A DNA stretch of 64,000 bases from Candidatus Omnitrophota bacterium (GTDB lineage Bacteria > Omnitrophota > Gorgyraeia > Zapsychrales > Fredricksoniimonadaceae). The notes under the pieces were generated by a model. The model saw nothing but the letters and a program-made list of their open reading frames with translations, was not told the DNA's origin and did no database searches. The DNA lies in NCBI GenBank assembly GCA_028870995.1, contig JAGWOI010000004.1, positions 17,578 through 81,577 on the forward strand, given 5' to 3'. This document shows, piece by piece, positions 8,901-17,653 of the stretch. The stretch's first letter is position 1, and each line of letters begins with the position of its first letter. Position numbers and translations under genes: made by a program.

Positions 8901-11665
8901 TCAACATTTTCGACGGATCCGTCCACTCCATGTTCGATTATATCAGGGGGGCCAGGGCAAAATTCGTCAAGCGATTGGCGGCCAATGACCAAAGCATCCC
9001 GCGGCTTAATATCCCGCAGATGGCCTCCTTTCTTGGATTGAGCGCCTTTCTCTTCCTGACTTCTCTATATAAAAGGACCTACCGATTTTACCGCCGCAAC
9101 ATCCTGCATTCTGATGACCAGATCAAGGGGCTTATGTACGCCTTAAAAGGAGACAAGCTGGATAAAAATCTGGCCGTCAAATGGCTTAAGGCCCACCAGG
9201 AGAATCGCCTTGACCGCAAGGGGCAGATCATCGGGCAAGACCAAGGGGGGCAGGCTGCGGACGATTTCAAAACACTTTCCGTGAACCCGCCGGTCCAGGT
9301 TTACCTGCCTTCACGTGAAGCTTTCCAGACCTGGTATGTGCTTGTCAGTGATTGGAAGACGGCCCCCAAGGTTCCGCCGGAACGCCTCATGGCCGACCTT
9401 AACACCATTCTTAATAATGCCAAAGAGGTCTTGCGTAAAATGCCGTATGAGCCGGATTTGATGTACAGCGGTCACGCCTGGGAATCTTTGGACACGGACA
9501 CCTATCAAAAGACCTACTCTTATTTTATGGGCCTGGCCTTGGAAACTCTTAACGTGATGAACGTGCGGCTTAGCGGCCAAAAGATAGGAGAAAGTCAGAG
9601 GAGATGGATGCAAGCGGAAGCCGGCATCATGAACGATATGGTCAAGTATGTCAACAGGTACCTGCGGGTTTTAACCTACAGAGGAAACATCGAACGGGCC
9701 ATCAGCAAAAAATTCTCCTATCAGCACTGGACTGAGCGGAGCAAGTTGGCACCGCTGGTCCGATGGATTTTGACGGACAGCTACCTCTGGGGCCAATCGC
9801 AAAAGCGGCTTTTTAAAGAACTGCCCCTTTTATTGGATGAGGGCAACGCCTTGATGCCGGATTTTTACCAGGATAAAGACAGCATCATTGAAGATACGCG
9901 GATTGCCTTAAATACGGCGACCAAAAGGGGCGGCAGCCTGAATAACACCCAGGCCAGGGAAGACCGCCATAATTTCAGGCTGGGGGATTTTTGGGGCCGG
10001 GTGGTTTATTTGTCAGCGTTCGGGCTGGGGTTCGCCGGACTGGCGGGCATATTCATTGGGTACAATATGCCTTTTGTCGAATTATCGACGATTGCCTTTT
10101 TTGTGGTCTGGGTCAAAGTTTATCTCAGTTATTGGAGGCCGCATTTGGATTTGTTGAGGATGGAGTGGAACAAGCTGGCCCACAAGATACGGGGCGATTT
10201 AAAGGCCCAATTGGATCAAAAACTCGGGGATTTCACGGAAGGCCCCCGAAAGAAACAGGTGGTCTTTTTTGCGCGCAAGGAAAACCAGGAGCAAACCGCC
10301 GTCGAATTGGACACCAGCCATGCCCCTAATGTGGACATGATCGTGGTGGTGGTGTCCAACGCTAAAAGCACCGCGAACATCGAGAACTATGTCAAGGGCC
10401 TAAGGGGTCAATTGATCCGCAATGACATTCCGGTCATGGTCATTCCTTCGCGCTACCAGGGCAGCGGCAATGCCTATTTGAGCATGTTGTTGCGGGCCAG
10501 AGACAAGTTCCGGTCGCCGGCTTATAAGAATAAAAACAGATATCCTTATTTGAAGTCCTGGGACAAGTCCCGCAAACTGTTCATCTTCATCGGCAAAGAG
10601 ATCGACGGCATGGACGTCGAATATCCTTTGCTGGACTTGTCCCTCCAAACCGGCTACCGCCTGGCCCAAAAGGACCCGGATATGAACGGCAATGCCGTGG
10701 AAGGCGGGCATATCACCATTTATGCCAGGGACGCTTATTACGGCCCGACGCCGTATTTCCCCCAGCAGGGCATTACCTTTCTCACCGCCAGGGCCAACCG
10801 CGATGAATTAAAAGAACGGGGCTTCGTCAATACCAATGACAGGCACGACACTCTGTCCCCGGTTTCCGAAATCCTGGAGAAACTGGATATTGCCGCCCTG
10901 GAGAATGATAAGAGAAGCCGCAAGGGAAGGACCCTGGAATATTTGGAGGAGAAATTTAACCTGCAAAACCATGCCATCAAACAGTTCGATACTTTAAGCG
11001 GGATCGTGGATGTGGCGCCGGACGCAGAAGAATATTTGTTGAAAATTGCCGCTTATGTGGATGAGCACCAGTTGTGGAAGCAATGGAACAGGCATTTGGT
11101 AGGAGACCTTTTTGTCCCCACCTTGATGTGGATGAGCAATTTGGATGAGGAAGACAAGGAAGAAGAGGTGGAGCAGTACATTGACAAACGCAGCCGCTGG
11201 AGCGATGTCAACCCTAACGGCAATGGCCATAAGCAGGGTCATAGTCATAAGAACGGCAACGGTCATCATGAGATACAGGAGAAGCTGAGGCCGTTTTATA
11301 GCTTCATTAAAGGATTACATCCCCAGATAGAGGCCAGGGCTTTTTTACCTTATCCTCTCCTTACCGTGTCCATGCACATCGCGGGAAAGAAGTTCCAAGA
11401 GGAGATGGACCGGTTTAAGTCCATCGATCATGCGCAAATATCCCAGGCGCCGGTCCTTTCGGAGACGAGGATTGACTCCCGTCCCGGCGGTATCGATCTT
11501 TCCCAGACATCGGATAAAATTTTATTTCAAAAAAGCGATGCGGCCCGGGCAGGCGGTTCCTTTCTTGTTTCGCAGGTCCTTAAGTCCTTTAAGGGTTTTG
11601 ATTTCCAAGTCATTGAATACCGTCAGATTTCGAATCCGTTGAGTTCCCTGGAAGGCGGCCTTTAA
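2927..11665 (+). CDS. Giant multidomain envelope protein (~2,912 aa): Omnitrophota-type N-terminal domain, TM, two HlyD/MFP-like modules, TolC-like module, helical repeats, TMs, C-terminal domain, GGIDL tail
   Basis: Uninterrupted 8.7-kb ORF (ATG 2927; TTG 2918 alternative); lipoyl-like RAPTDG..VHEGQQVAKGQ and RAPNSGIV motifs flanking coiled coils; OEP-like helix/strand alternation. Confidence 0.85.
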   Translation: MRRRLIILFLILTFSVETLGGDAARAWSQSQAENAVMLPPGTLMSISPVFSLPTLRGIAIDPHDPFKINFVVDKADQNDQIQGQVNLLVKYFLSFLTIPEEDLWVNLSPYEKGRIITPDFENTNAGRDMLVEDYTLKQLASSLTYPGSDLGKIFWQKIFRRARQEYGSTAIPLNTFNKVWVVPDRAVVYEGNGSAFIAESHLKVLVEEDYLSMRKHGQIVPKNDGTENLSSQIMRELIVPELEREVNEGKSFAPLRQMFNSLILAIWFKKRLRENLIDKVYVDQDKTLGIALNEKQVKERIYAQYLKAFKKGVYNFIQEDYDAASHQDVPRKYFSGGFSFTNAASCISYRPASQIEELPENQRRFKGDFSMFSIVLNPLGVSKAALLKADAAQTSSSGRINKLLYSFVFAVGVAAGGWMMMPVSPTAPPAVPSVAAPAATNTALPAAAVPIQVTTADKDGQIEFHNFSDDVVPIPVEDQLLAEDGGVISGLDPDKKDYKAGDVMFSLIDPQVKGRIEQLTKELAIRQEKLQALQKLFPQQASGEEVTAAGQAVDEISAELAHARQALITRVAVAPHDLRVKNMLVANDMSVAKGGELLTYFDKQRIQVNIQVPPSLNYFYAIKGLKINGRPVESMVSLDWSLDPLQKNAQLSMIMDVPSSIVTGQPAKLEFTFSAPDTDHQLLETVSGLDQTLAKVNRVEAYVLRAPTDGPVQFLVHEGQQVAKGQIVAVVENKNYIEEYQNTRLGLRSLDIQIGLGRDIDGTLLIKRDELDRLKEQRAVFLEKLKTLEQEIQLDYVRAPNSGIVISRAAYQSKVFKGQDELLRIGTGETIVGNINGPRDLILFPKDLDIKVGDPVVVETPQGVRLPGKVTAVNKSPFDAARDLSANQAVEVMAFDRQNILQPNLPVNIILPQQGQRQQVLVAWDTVAHENTAAVPTPPVVVSPLGAPTVVLPAPAAATLTSTPDFTNGVPLLDLAGIDRLVAGNELVSGAQSLEVLQKKEAEAFPSASRFSLTGGVFMQNGKLVVSGGVQGMLKNSINGGLSSGNAIGSAVPLVFDLAGNIIDAISGKVVKETALAKKMTEIAYHHMQETIIQQSVAGQDLLIDIGAARQKIGELKKLQQDMRQARSVMKAREEAGFSLKIQQDQLDYEIQDITNQIETLETQQAEWKTQLDVLISRTRTVHFDMDISPVLPWGKGFTPIDAATKEAMAKQLLGPGSPNPRMQEVTAADQAVDMSIKLQNLGRLPFINLGGVFINNGHGLNPLYDVSEPVTGERTGNLQQGANPAGQIEIPLIDTVQHTKEAIVALEKQKSQLNIDTAKAELGRQLEQAVDDINRLSAQIQQTQEAYRNAVAVWEAKIRRPDFYLPYQLVSDRLEINKLWQELCNQKAQYLKAETSLRELRVWGQETSKVQAGPMDGLPAAVSAAVAGDFSVEAPSLIIPSLPSLNLMAFSQGEDTLAPGIINYHIGEDVSSAWALMHGNPSGADTPLDALKNILIKEPNTFVRADALKHFLAEYQGDSRFLPALKDIVERSAHPDVVWELLKYMSQREDRDPRFLVEVIDEGENSRDHLLVRLGFQALRDVLTMYPQEMKKLSPADFITSAHSPYPRATITAANKVFLTFLAQEPDDSIAAERLVQSDFWSTDDLKDIYKKLETAKDDHPGSAPQIEALAQFIQAADKRKAALDNIDQVFTPGPFGEHGGAVFQRDIISYIQIMDNARESQRFLNTSPQWEKMAAFIHPKLYACTLSEVQRPGPAAAAVPVDPVYDLMPSTAQHPELEYFQSLGLKEQEGYIEQSQDICELNRILDLNTPLRTVVLDRLMASSQGRVLVLKTYLGSDAPDLLGLIESRSWDTVLLADIPNIEDAASNRIVRSGLEKMYDRTGQEKYLNLRLLTYSDFELPALDDPRGKRIREAAIRRAAAIRALQAYQKHMEVEVLPWAGYSIQDARTKTEIANLQRIFVEEPDPVKVDEYIDSHTVLSRQVPRRIFDQINIFDGSVHSMFDYIRGARAKFVKRLAANDQSIPRLNIPQMASFLGLSAFLFLTSLYKRTYRFYRRNILHSDDQIKGLMYALKGDKLDKNLAVKWLKAHQENRLDRKGQIIGQDQGGQAADDFKTLSVNPPVQVYLPSREAFQTWYVLVSDWKTAPKVPPERLMADLNTILNNAKEVLRKMPYEPDLMYSGHAWESLDTDTYQKTYSYFMGLALETLNVMNVRLSGQKIGESQRRWMQAEAGIMNDMVKYVNRYLRVLTYRGNIERAISKKFSYQHWTERSKLAPLVRWILTDSYLWGQSQKRLFKELPLLLDEGNALMPDFYQDKDSIIEDTRIALNTATKRGGSLNNTQAREDRHNFRLGDFWGRVVYLSAFGLGFAGLAGIFIGYNMPFVELSTIAFFVVWVKVYLSYWRPHLDLLRMEWNKLAHKIRGDLKAQLDQKLGDFTEGPRKKQVVFFARKENQEQTAVELDTSHAPNVDMIVVVVSNAKSTANIENYVKGLRGQLIRNDIPVMVIPSRYQGSGNAYLSMLLRARDKFRSPAYKNKNRYPYLKSWDKSRKLFIFIGKEIDGMDVEYPLLDLSLQTGYRLAQKDPDMNGNAVEGGHITIYARDAYYGPTPYFPQQGITFLTARANRDELKERGFVNTNDRHDTLSPVSEILEKLDIAALENDKRSRKGRTLEYLEEKFNLQNHAIKQFDTLSGIVDVAPDAEEYLLKIAAYVDEHQLWKQWNRHLVGDLFVPTLMWMSNLDEEDKEEEVEQYIDKRSRWSDVNPNGNGHKQGHSHKNGNGHHEIQEKLRPFYSFIKGLHPQIEARAFLPYPLLTVSMHIAGKKFQEEMDRFKSIDHAQISQAPVLSETRIDSRPGGIDLSQTSDKILFQKSDAARAGGSFLVSQVLKSFKGFDFQVIEYRQISNPLSSLEGGL

Positions 11666-11667
11666 AA

Positions 11668-11711
11668 CTTTACAGCGGCTTTATCTTTTTCTAATATAAA
11701 CAGCGTAGCAT
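11668..11711 (+). promoter_or_regulatory. Second, more degenerate Pho-box-like promoter
   Basis: CTTTACA (11668), CTTTATC (11679), TCTAATA (11690); TAGCAT at 11706, same 16-nt offset as the other two. Confidence 0.4.
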
Positions 11712-11755
11712 GGGGTCATTCGGGAGGATAAAACAATGACCCCAGCGCTGTTTAT
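11696..11755. repeat. Interrupted inverted repeat (two 10-bp stems)
   Basis: ATAAACAGCG/CGCTGTTTAT and TGGGGTCATT/AATGACCCCA. Confidence 0.75.
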
Positions 11756-11807
11756 CTTTATTTTAGAGCTGATTTTTAAACAAAATTTCAATCTAATTGA
11801 GCTCTAA
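11736..11807 (+). CDS. Candidate 23-aa hydrophobic peptide MTPALFIFILELIFKQNFNLIEL
   Basis: GGGAGG SD at 11722-11727, ATG 11736, TAA 11805-11807. Confidence 0.35.
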   Translation: MTPALFIFILELIFKQNFNLIEL

Positions 11808-11809
11808 CA

Positions 11810-11853
11810 CTTAATTTGTCCTTAATATTTCCTTAATATTCAAGCCCTATATT
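11810..11853 (+). promoter_or_regulatory. Pho-box-like promoter of porin-pstSCAB-phoU
   Basis: CTTAAT at 11810, 11821, 11832 (11-bp period); -10 TATATT at 11848. Confidence 0.72.
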
Positions 11854-11899
11854 TAGCGTGTCCCGAAAAGAATATCAATCACCAAAAGCAGGAGGATTC

Positions 11900-13240
11900 A
11901 TGAAAAAAACGGTTCTAACACTCGCAACAATAATGGCTTTTGGTTGGCAAGGCATAAGCTTTGCCGACAGCTCGGTGGATGCGCTGATCCAGAAATTGCA
12001 GGATAAGGGTATCCTGACCTCTCAGGAGGCGAGCCAGCTCAAGGATGAAGTTTCCACCAAGGAAGAAACTACTCAGAAGGCAACTTTCAAAAGCATGTTG
12101 CCCAGCTGGATCAGCGGGATTAAAATCGGTGGAGATTTCCGTCTGCGCGATCAAATTCAGCGTACCAAGAAACCCACCGGCGGTACAGGTAATGATGCCA
12201 GAAACAGGGGCCGTCTGCGCGCCCGGTTGAATCTGGAAGACCAGATCAACGACAAGGTCAAATTCGACGTGACCTTGGCCACTGAAGGCGGAAGCGACAA
12301 TGGCCAATTGAATAACAGCCGTTCCAATAACTGGACCTTCGGCGGTAATGGATCTACTGGTTCCGGATCTTTTTCCAAACCTTACATTGCCCTTGATAAG
12401 GCCTATGTGACGTATACGCCTAACAAGATGGTCACCTTATTGGGCGGTAAAATGGCCAATCCTATTTGGGAACCCGCCAGCCTGCTTTGGGACCCGGATA
12501 TCACTCCTGAAGGCGGCGCTATTTTATTATCCAAGAGATTAAGCGATCTGGTCACCCCTTTCTCGACCAATGCGTTCTTTGTCCTTAAAGATTCGGGGCC
12601 TAGCTCTTCTCAAAGGACAGATCCGTATGTTTTTGTCACCCAAGAGGGTATTAAAGGCAACTTGACGGACAAGGTGTTCTATCAGGCAGCCGCACAGGGG
12701 CATTTCTTCAGCAATGCCGGCCATGTGCCGCTTGATAACGGGGCTGGATCAGTGGGTAATACATTGACCAGCGGCGGTTTATATGCTTATGGTTATAGTT
12801 TGGTTGGCGGCGCCATTAATATCGGCATGAATGATCCGTTCGGCGACATGCTGCCCAATCCCATCTATATTCCTCAAATCGGGATATTCGGAGAATATAA
12901 CCAAAATATGGATGTTTCCAACAAAAATACCTCTTGGGATGCCGGCTGGTACATGGGCAATTCCGCCATCAACGGCTGGGGGACCTGGAAAATTTCCTCC
13001 TTCTATAAGGTACTTGCGGCCGATTCAGTTCCCGATGCCATTCCGTCGGATGACTTCTATTCCGGTGATACGGACACCAGGGGCTGGCAGAATGAAATCG
13101 ATATCGGTTTGGCCAAAAACGTATGGTTTGACATGTTGTATTACCATACCAATGTCTATAAACCCATTGCTTCCATTACGAACTTAAGCAGCAATGCGCC
13201 GGAAGACATCTTCCAAATCGATATGAATTTCAAGTTCTAA
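11900..13240 (+). CDS. Putative outer-membrane porin (Porin_5-like), likely phosphate uptake
   Basis: SD GGAGG, signal peptide, LIQKLQDKGIL segment, GDFRLR, WDPDITPEG, terminal MNFKF; first gene of the pst operon. Confidence 0.82.
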   Translation: MKKTVLTLATIMAFGWQGISFADSSVDALIQKLQDKGILTSQEASQLKDEVSTKEETTQKATFKSMLPSWISGIKIGGDFRLRDQIQRTKKPTGGTGNDARNRGRLRARLNLEDQINDKVKFDVTLATEGGSDNGQLNNSRSNNWTFGGNGSTGSGSFSKPYIALDKAYVTYTPNKMVTLLGGKMANPIWEPASLLWDPDITPEGGAILLSKRLSDLVTPFSTNAFFVLKDSGPSSSQRTDPYVFVTQEGIKGNLTDKVFYQAAAQGHFFSNAGHVPLDNGAGSVGNTLTSGGLYAYGYSLVGGAINIGMNDPFGDMLPNPIYIPQIGIFGEYNQNMDVSNKNTSWDAGWYMGNSAINGWGTWKISSFYKVLAADSVPDAIPSDDFYSGDTDTRGWQNEIDIGLAKNVWFDMLYYHTNVYKPIASITNLSSNAPEDIFQIDMNFKF

Positions 13241-13271
13241 GCATGATGAATCCATTAAGAAAGGAAAGTTT

Positions 13272-14282
13272 ATGAAAAAGTTATTAGCTTTAGTTGCCGC
13301 CTTGGGCTTTGCCACCTCAGCCTGGGCCGGTCAGATCCAGCTTACAGGGGCAGGCTCGACTTTTATTTATCCTGCCATTACGAAATGGTTTGAAGCCTAT
13401 GACAGTATTGATCCTAACGTCCAATTCAACTACCAGGCCATTGGATCGGGTGCCGGCATCAAGGAAATTACGGATAAGATCGTGGATTTCGGCGGTACCG
13501 ACGGCCCCATGACGGAAGGCCAAATGGCTGCGGCCCCCGGCAAGATCTACCATATTCCGCTGGTCATGGGCGCGGAAGCCATTGCCTACAATATTCCGGG
13601 AGTCGGCCCTGGATTGAAGTTTACCCCTGATGTTTTGGCCGGCATTTGGTTGGGCGAAATCACCAATTGGAATGATCCCAAGATCACGGCCCAAAATCCT
13701 GGCGTCAATCTTCCTAACATGCCCATCATCGTAGCACACCGCTCCGATGGCAGCGGCACCACCTTCATCTTTACGCATTACCTGAGTTCAGTGAGTCCCG
13801 AATGGTCTTCCAAGGTGGGTTTTAGTACGTCCGTTTCGTGGCCGGTGGGCTTGGGCGGCAAAGGCAATCAGGGCGTTTCAGGTATCCTTACGCAAAATCC
13901 TGGTTCCATAGGGTACGTGGAACTGGCTTATGCCATCCAAAATAAGATCCCTTACGGGGTGGTGGAAAATTCCAGCGGTAATTTTGTGGAGCCTACCGTT
14001 GAGGCGACATCCGAAGCCGCTTCAGGAGTGCCTATTCCGGCGGATTTCCGTGCCTCCATCGTCAACAGCTCGAACCCCAAGGCCTACCCCATTTGCGGGT
14101 TCAGCTGGATGCTGATCTACAAGAATATGGCGGGCGAAGGGGCCAAGGGCAAGGCCTTGGTGGATTTCGCCAAATGGGCGGTCACCGATGGGCAAAAGAT
14201 TTCCGCGCAACTCGACTATGCGCCCCTGCCATCGGACTTGATTGCGAAAATCATGAAGACACTGGATAAAATCAGTTATTAA
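13272..14282 (+). CDS. pstS: Phosphate ABC transporter substrate-binding protein
   Basis: GAGSTF, YQAIGSGAG, HRSDGSGTT, GKGNQGV. Confidence 0.97.
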   Translation: MKKLLALVAALGFATSAWAGQIQLTGAGSTFIYPAITKWFEAYDSIDPNVQFNYQAIGSGAGIKEITDKIVDFGGTDGPMTEGQMAAAPGKIYHIPLVMGAEAIAYNIPGVGPGLKFTPDVLAGIWLGEITNWNDPKITAQNPGVNLPNMPIIVAHRSDGSGTTFIFTHYLSSVSPEWSSKVGFSTSVSWPVGLGGKGNQGVSGILTQNPGSIGYVELAYAIQNKIPYGVVENSSGNFVEPTVEATSEAASGVPIPADFRASIVNSSNPKAYPICGFSWMLIYKNMAGEGAKGKALVDFAKWAVTDGQKISAQLDYAPLPSDLIAKIMKTLDKISY

Positions 14283-14297
14283 GGTAAAATAATCGGC

Positions 14298-15227
14298 ATG
14301 AGTCGCCATGATACCAGCGACTTGATCTTCAGAAGGGTTTTGGCCGCCTTTCCCATCACCGTTCTGATTATCGTCGCTGGTATTTTTTTTGAGCTCGTTT
14401 ATTCTTCCCTGCCGTCTTTGCATAAATTCGGCATAGGATTCCTTTATCATAGTATTTGGAACCCGGTTGAGGAAAATTTCGGCGCCCTGCCGTTTATTTA
14501 CGGCACCTGTGTCACGTCCTTGGTGGCGCTTTTATTGGCCATTCCCATCGGTGTGGGAGCGGCCATTTATTTGGTGGAATATGCTCCAGTCAAGGTGTCA
14601 AGGGTGATATCAACGTTGGTGGACCTTCTGGCCGCCATTCCCAGTGTTATCTATGGGCTTTGGGGCATTTTTGTCCTGGTGCCTTTTATGAGAAATGTTG
14701 TCCAGCCGTTTTTGGGGAAATATTTCGGTTTCCTGCCTTTGTTCCAGGGCCCCAATTACGGCATCGGCATGCTGGCCGCAAGCGTGATGCTGGCCATCAT
14801 CATCGTGCCGTTCATCATTTCCGTTTCGCGCGAGGTGATTGCGGCCGTCCCGTTTGTTTACAAGGAAAGCGCCTATGCCCTGGGCGCTACCCGCTGGGAG
14901 GCTTTGAGTAATATTGTTTTAAGCTACGGCAAGGCCGGTATTTTGGGCGCCGTGATCCTGGCTCTGGGCCGGGCCATCGGCGAGGTCATGGCTGTGACCA
15001 TGATCATCGGCAACGACCCCAAAATCGCTCTGTCCCTGTTCTCGCCGGGGTATACCTTGGCGAGCGTCATTGCCAATGAGTTCGCGGAAGCTGATTTTCC
15101 GATGTATTTGTCGGCCCTCATCGAGATCGCCCTGGTCCTGTTCCTGGTGGCCATCATTGTCAATATCCTGGCCCGGCTGTTGATATGGTCGGTGACCGGG
15201 GCGCAATCCGCGGAGGCTGTCAAATGA
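14298..15227 (+). CDS. pstC: Phosphate ABC transporter permease
   Basis: LLAAIPSVIYGLWG, ALGATRWE, LGRAIGE. Confidence 0.96.
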   Translation: MSRHDTSDLIFRRVLAAFPITVLIIVAGIFFELVYSSLPSLHKFGIGFLYHSIWNPVEENFGALPFIYGTCVTSLVALLLAIPIGVGAAIYLVEYAPVKVSRVISTLVDLLAAIPSVIYGLWGIFVLVPFMRNVVQPFLGKYFGFLPLFQGPNYGIGMLAASVMLAIIIVPFIISVSREVIAAVPFVYKESAYALGATRWEALSNIVLSYGKAGILGAVILALGRAIGEVMAVTMIIGNDPKIALSLFSPGYTLASVIANEFAEADFPMYLSALIEIALVLFLVAIIVNILARLLIWSVTGAQSAEAVK

Positions 15228-16102
15228 AAGACCTGGTCTTGAAATCCTTTGACGCCACCCGCCTGCGCAGAGAAATTTGGGACAAGGTCATGGTGGTCGT
15301 GCTTTTTTTATGCGCGGCGTGCGTGCTTTTTATCCTATTTATTATCTTGTGGCATTTGATCGCACGTGGGCTTTCTTCATTGAACCCGGCCTTTTTCACG
15401 CATCTGCCCAAGGCCGTCGGCGAATCGGGCGGGGGCATGGCCAATGCCATCATCGGCACCTTTGTCCTGCTGCTGCTGGCAGTGGGTGTCGGCGTGCCGC
15501 TCGGGCTTGGCGCAGGCGTCTATTTAAGCGAGTACGCGCATCAGCGTTTTGCCCAGACGGTGCGTTTTATGACCGATGTTCTCAACGGTGTTCCTTCGAT
15601 CGTCTTCGGCATTTTTTCGTATACGGTCTGCGTGCTTCCCATGAAATCGTTCTCAGCGGTCTCCGGCGGCTTCGCGTTGGGGCTCATGATGATCCCCATG
15701 ATCACGCGCACCAGCGAGCAGTTCGTCAAGATGGTCCCTCACCAGTTGAGGGAAGCGGGCCTGGCCTTGGGGCTCCCCAAATGGCGGGTGATCACCGGTA
15801 TTATTTTACCTTCGGCGATAGGCGGCATCATGACCGGCATTATGGTGGCGCTGGCGCGTGTGGCAGGGGAGACAGCTCCATTGCTGTTTACTGCTTTCGG
15901 CAACCTTCATTACACGCAGTCCCTCATGCAGCCCATTGCGGCCATACCGCTGCAGATCTTCAACTACGCTGTTTCGCCTTACAGCGACTGGCACCGTCAG
16001 GCCTGGGCCGGGGCGCTGGTCTTGATCGTTATAGTTTTTATCATTAACATTTGGGCCCAGTATTTTGTGTACAGCCGTAAACGCTGGTCAGCGGGGAAAT
16101 AG
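15224..16102 (+). CDS. pstA: Phosphate ABC transporter permease
   Basis: GVPSIVFG, ARVAGETAPLL; ATGA overlap with the pstC stop. Confidence 0.96.
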   Translation: MKDLVLKSFDATRLRREIWDKVMVVVLFLCAACVLFILFIILWHLIARGLSSLNPAFFTHLPKAVGESGGGMANAIIGTFVLLLLAVGVGVPLGLGAGVYLSEYAHQRFAQTVRFMTDVLNGVPSIVFGIFSYTVCVLPMKSFSAVSGGFALGLMMIPMITRTSEQFVKMVPHQLREAGLALGLPKWRVITGIILPSAIGGIMTGIMVALARVAGETAPLLFTAFGNLHYTQSLMQPIAAIPLQIFNYAVSPYSDWHRQAWAGALVLIVIVFIINIWAQYFVYSRKRWSAGK

Positions 16103-16105
16103 GAC

Positions 16106-16867
16106 ATGAACACTAACGGACGCATCGAAGTCAAGAATTTGAACTTTTACTACGGCAACTACCAGGCGCTTAAAAACGTCTCGATGACCGTTGAGCCCCA
16201 CCAGATCGTGGCCATGATCGGGCCGTCGGGCTGCGGCAAATCGACCCTGATCCGTATTTTCAACCGTATGTGCGATTTGATCCCCTCCACCCGTGTGGAG
16301 GGCAAAGTTCTTATCGACGGCAAGGACATTTATACTAAAGATACGGATGTGGTCAGCTTAAGGCGCAAGGTGGGCATGGTGTTCCAGAAATCGACGCCGT
16401 TTCCCAAATCCATTTATGATAATGTCGCCTACGGCTTAAAAATTATAGGCATCAAGGACCATCGCGTGTTGAACGAAACCGTTGAAAAATGCCTTCGCCG
16501 ATCGGCCTTGTGGGACGAGGTCAAAGACCATTTGGGCAAGAGCGCGCTGTCGCTGTCCGGCGGCCAGCAGCAGCGCCTGTGCATTGCCCGGGCCATCGCC
16601 GTTGACCCGGAGATCATTTTAATGGATGAGCCCTGCTCGGCCCTGGACCCTATCGCCACGGCCCGCATCGAGGAGTTGATGGCCGCCTTGAAGGATGAAT
16701 ACACGATCGTGATCGTCACCCATAACATGCAGCAGGCGGCTCGCGTTTCGGACAAGACCGCCTTTTTGATGCACGGGCAGCTTATCGAATACAACAAGAC
16801 CACGGATTTCTTCACCAATCCGTCCAATAAGATCACGGAAGACTATATTACCGGCCGGTTCGGGTAA
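16106..16867 (+). CDS. pstB: Phosphate ABC transporter ATPase
   Basis: [38 protein letters not shown]. Confidence 0.97.
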   Translation: MNTNGRIEVKNLNFYYGNYQALKNVSMTVEPHQIVAMIGPSGCGKSTLIRIFNRMCDLIPSTRVEGKVLIDGKDIYTKDTDVVSLRRKVGMVFQKSTPFPKSIYDNVAYGLKIIGIKDHRVLNETVEKCLRRSALWDEVKDHLGKSALSLSGGQQQRLCIARAIAVDPEIILMDEPCSALDPIATARIEELMAALKDEYTIVIVTHNMQQAARVSDKTAFLMHGQLIEYNKTTDFFTNPSNKITEDYITGRFG

Positions 16868-16871
16868 TAAA

Positions 16872-16894
16872 AAAAAGGGGACTGTCCCCTTTTT
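16872..16894. repeat. Short palindrome AAAAAGGGGACTGTCCCCTTTTT (REP-like family copy)
   Basis: Perfect 11-bp arms with 1-nt centre, between pstB and phoU. Confidence 0.8.
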
Positions 16895-16905
16895 AGGAGA
16901 AAAAT

Positions 16906-17565
16906 ATGCTCAGAGACAAAATCACCGAATTAAAGCACCAGTTGATCCAGGATGCAGGGCTGGTGGAGGACATGATCAGCCGCAGCATGCGGGGTTTATT
17001 AGAGAAGAACGCCGACATGCTCTACCAGGTGGTCAAGCACCAGGAACCGCGGGTCAACGCCTATGACCGCTCCATCGATGAGTTGTGTGTCGAGACCATT
17101 GCCCGTTTCGAGCCTGTGGCCCGCGACTTGCGCATGGTCATCATGATCATCAAGATGAACAAAGATCTGGAGCGCATGGCCGACCATGCGGTGAATATCT
17201 CCGAAAGCGGGCTGTATCTGATCGCCAATCCCTTTATAGGATCTTATACGGACCTGTTTAAAATGGGCGAAGAGGCAGTGGCCATGCTCAAGGACGCCAT
17301 CAATGCCTTTGTCAATGAGGATGTGGCCACCGCTAGGTCCGTCCGTGACAGGGACAATATTGTGGATGAGGCAGGGGACAAGATCTTAAAGGAGCTGACC
17401 GTGGTCATGCGCGGCAAAAAAGACACCATCCCGCGCGCCCTGGCCTTGATGCGCATTGCCCATAACCTGGAGCGTATCGCGGATCTGTCCACCAACATTG
17501 CCGAAGAAGTCGTATATATAGTGGAAGGCCGCGACATCAAGCACCATAAAGACGATAACGCGTAA
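16906..17565 (+). CDS. phoU: Phosphate signaling complex protein PhoU
   Basis: PVARDLR, DLERMADHAVNI, LERIADLSTNIAE. Confidence 0.96.
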   Translation: MLRDKITELKHQLIQDAGLVEDMISRSMRGLLEKNADMLYQVVKHQEPRVNAYDRSIDELCVETIARFEPVARDLRMVIMIIKMNKDLERMADHAVNISESGLYLIANPFIGSYTDLFKMGEEAVAMLKDAINAFVNEDVATARSVRDRDNIVDEAGDKILKELTVVMRGKKDTIPRALALMRIAHNLERIADLSTNIAEEVVYIVEGRDIKHHKDDNA

Positions 17566-17653
17566 AAGTCCTTAAAATCCTTTACTTTACACGCCTGCTG
17601 GTTGTTGTATCCTTAGAAACCCCTTTCTAAGATTAAAATTTCCTTAATTTTTC

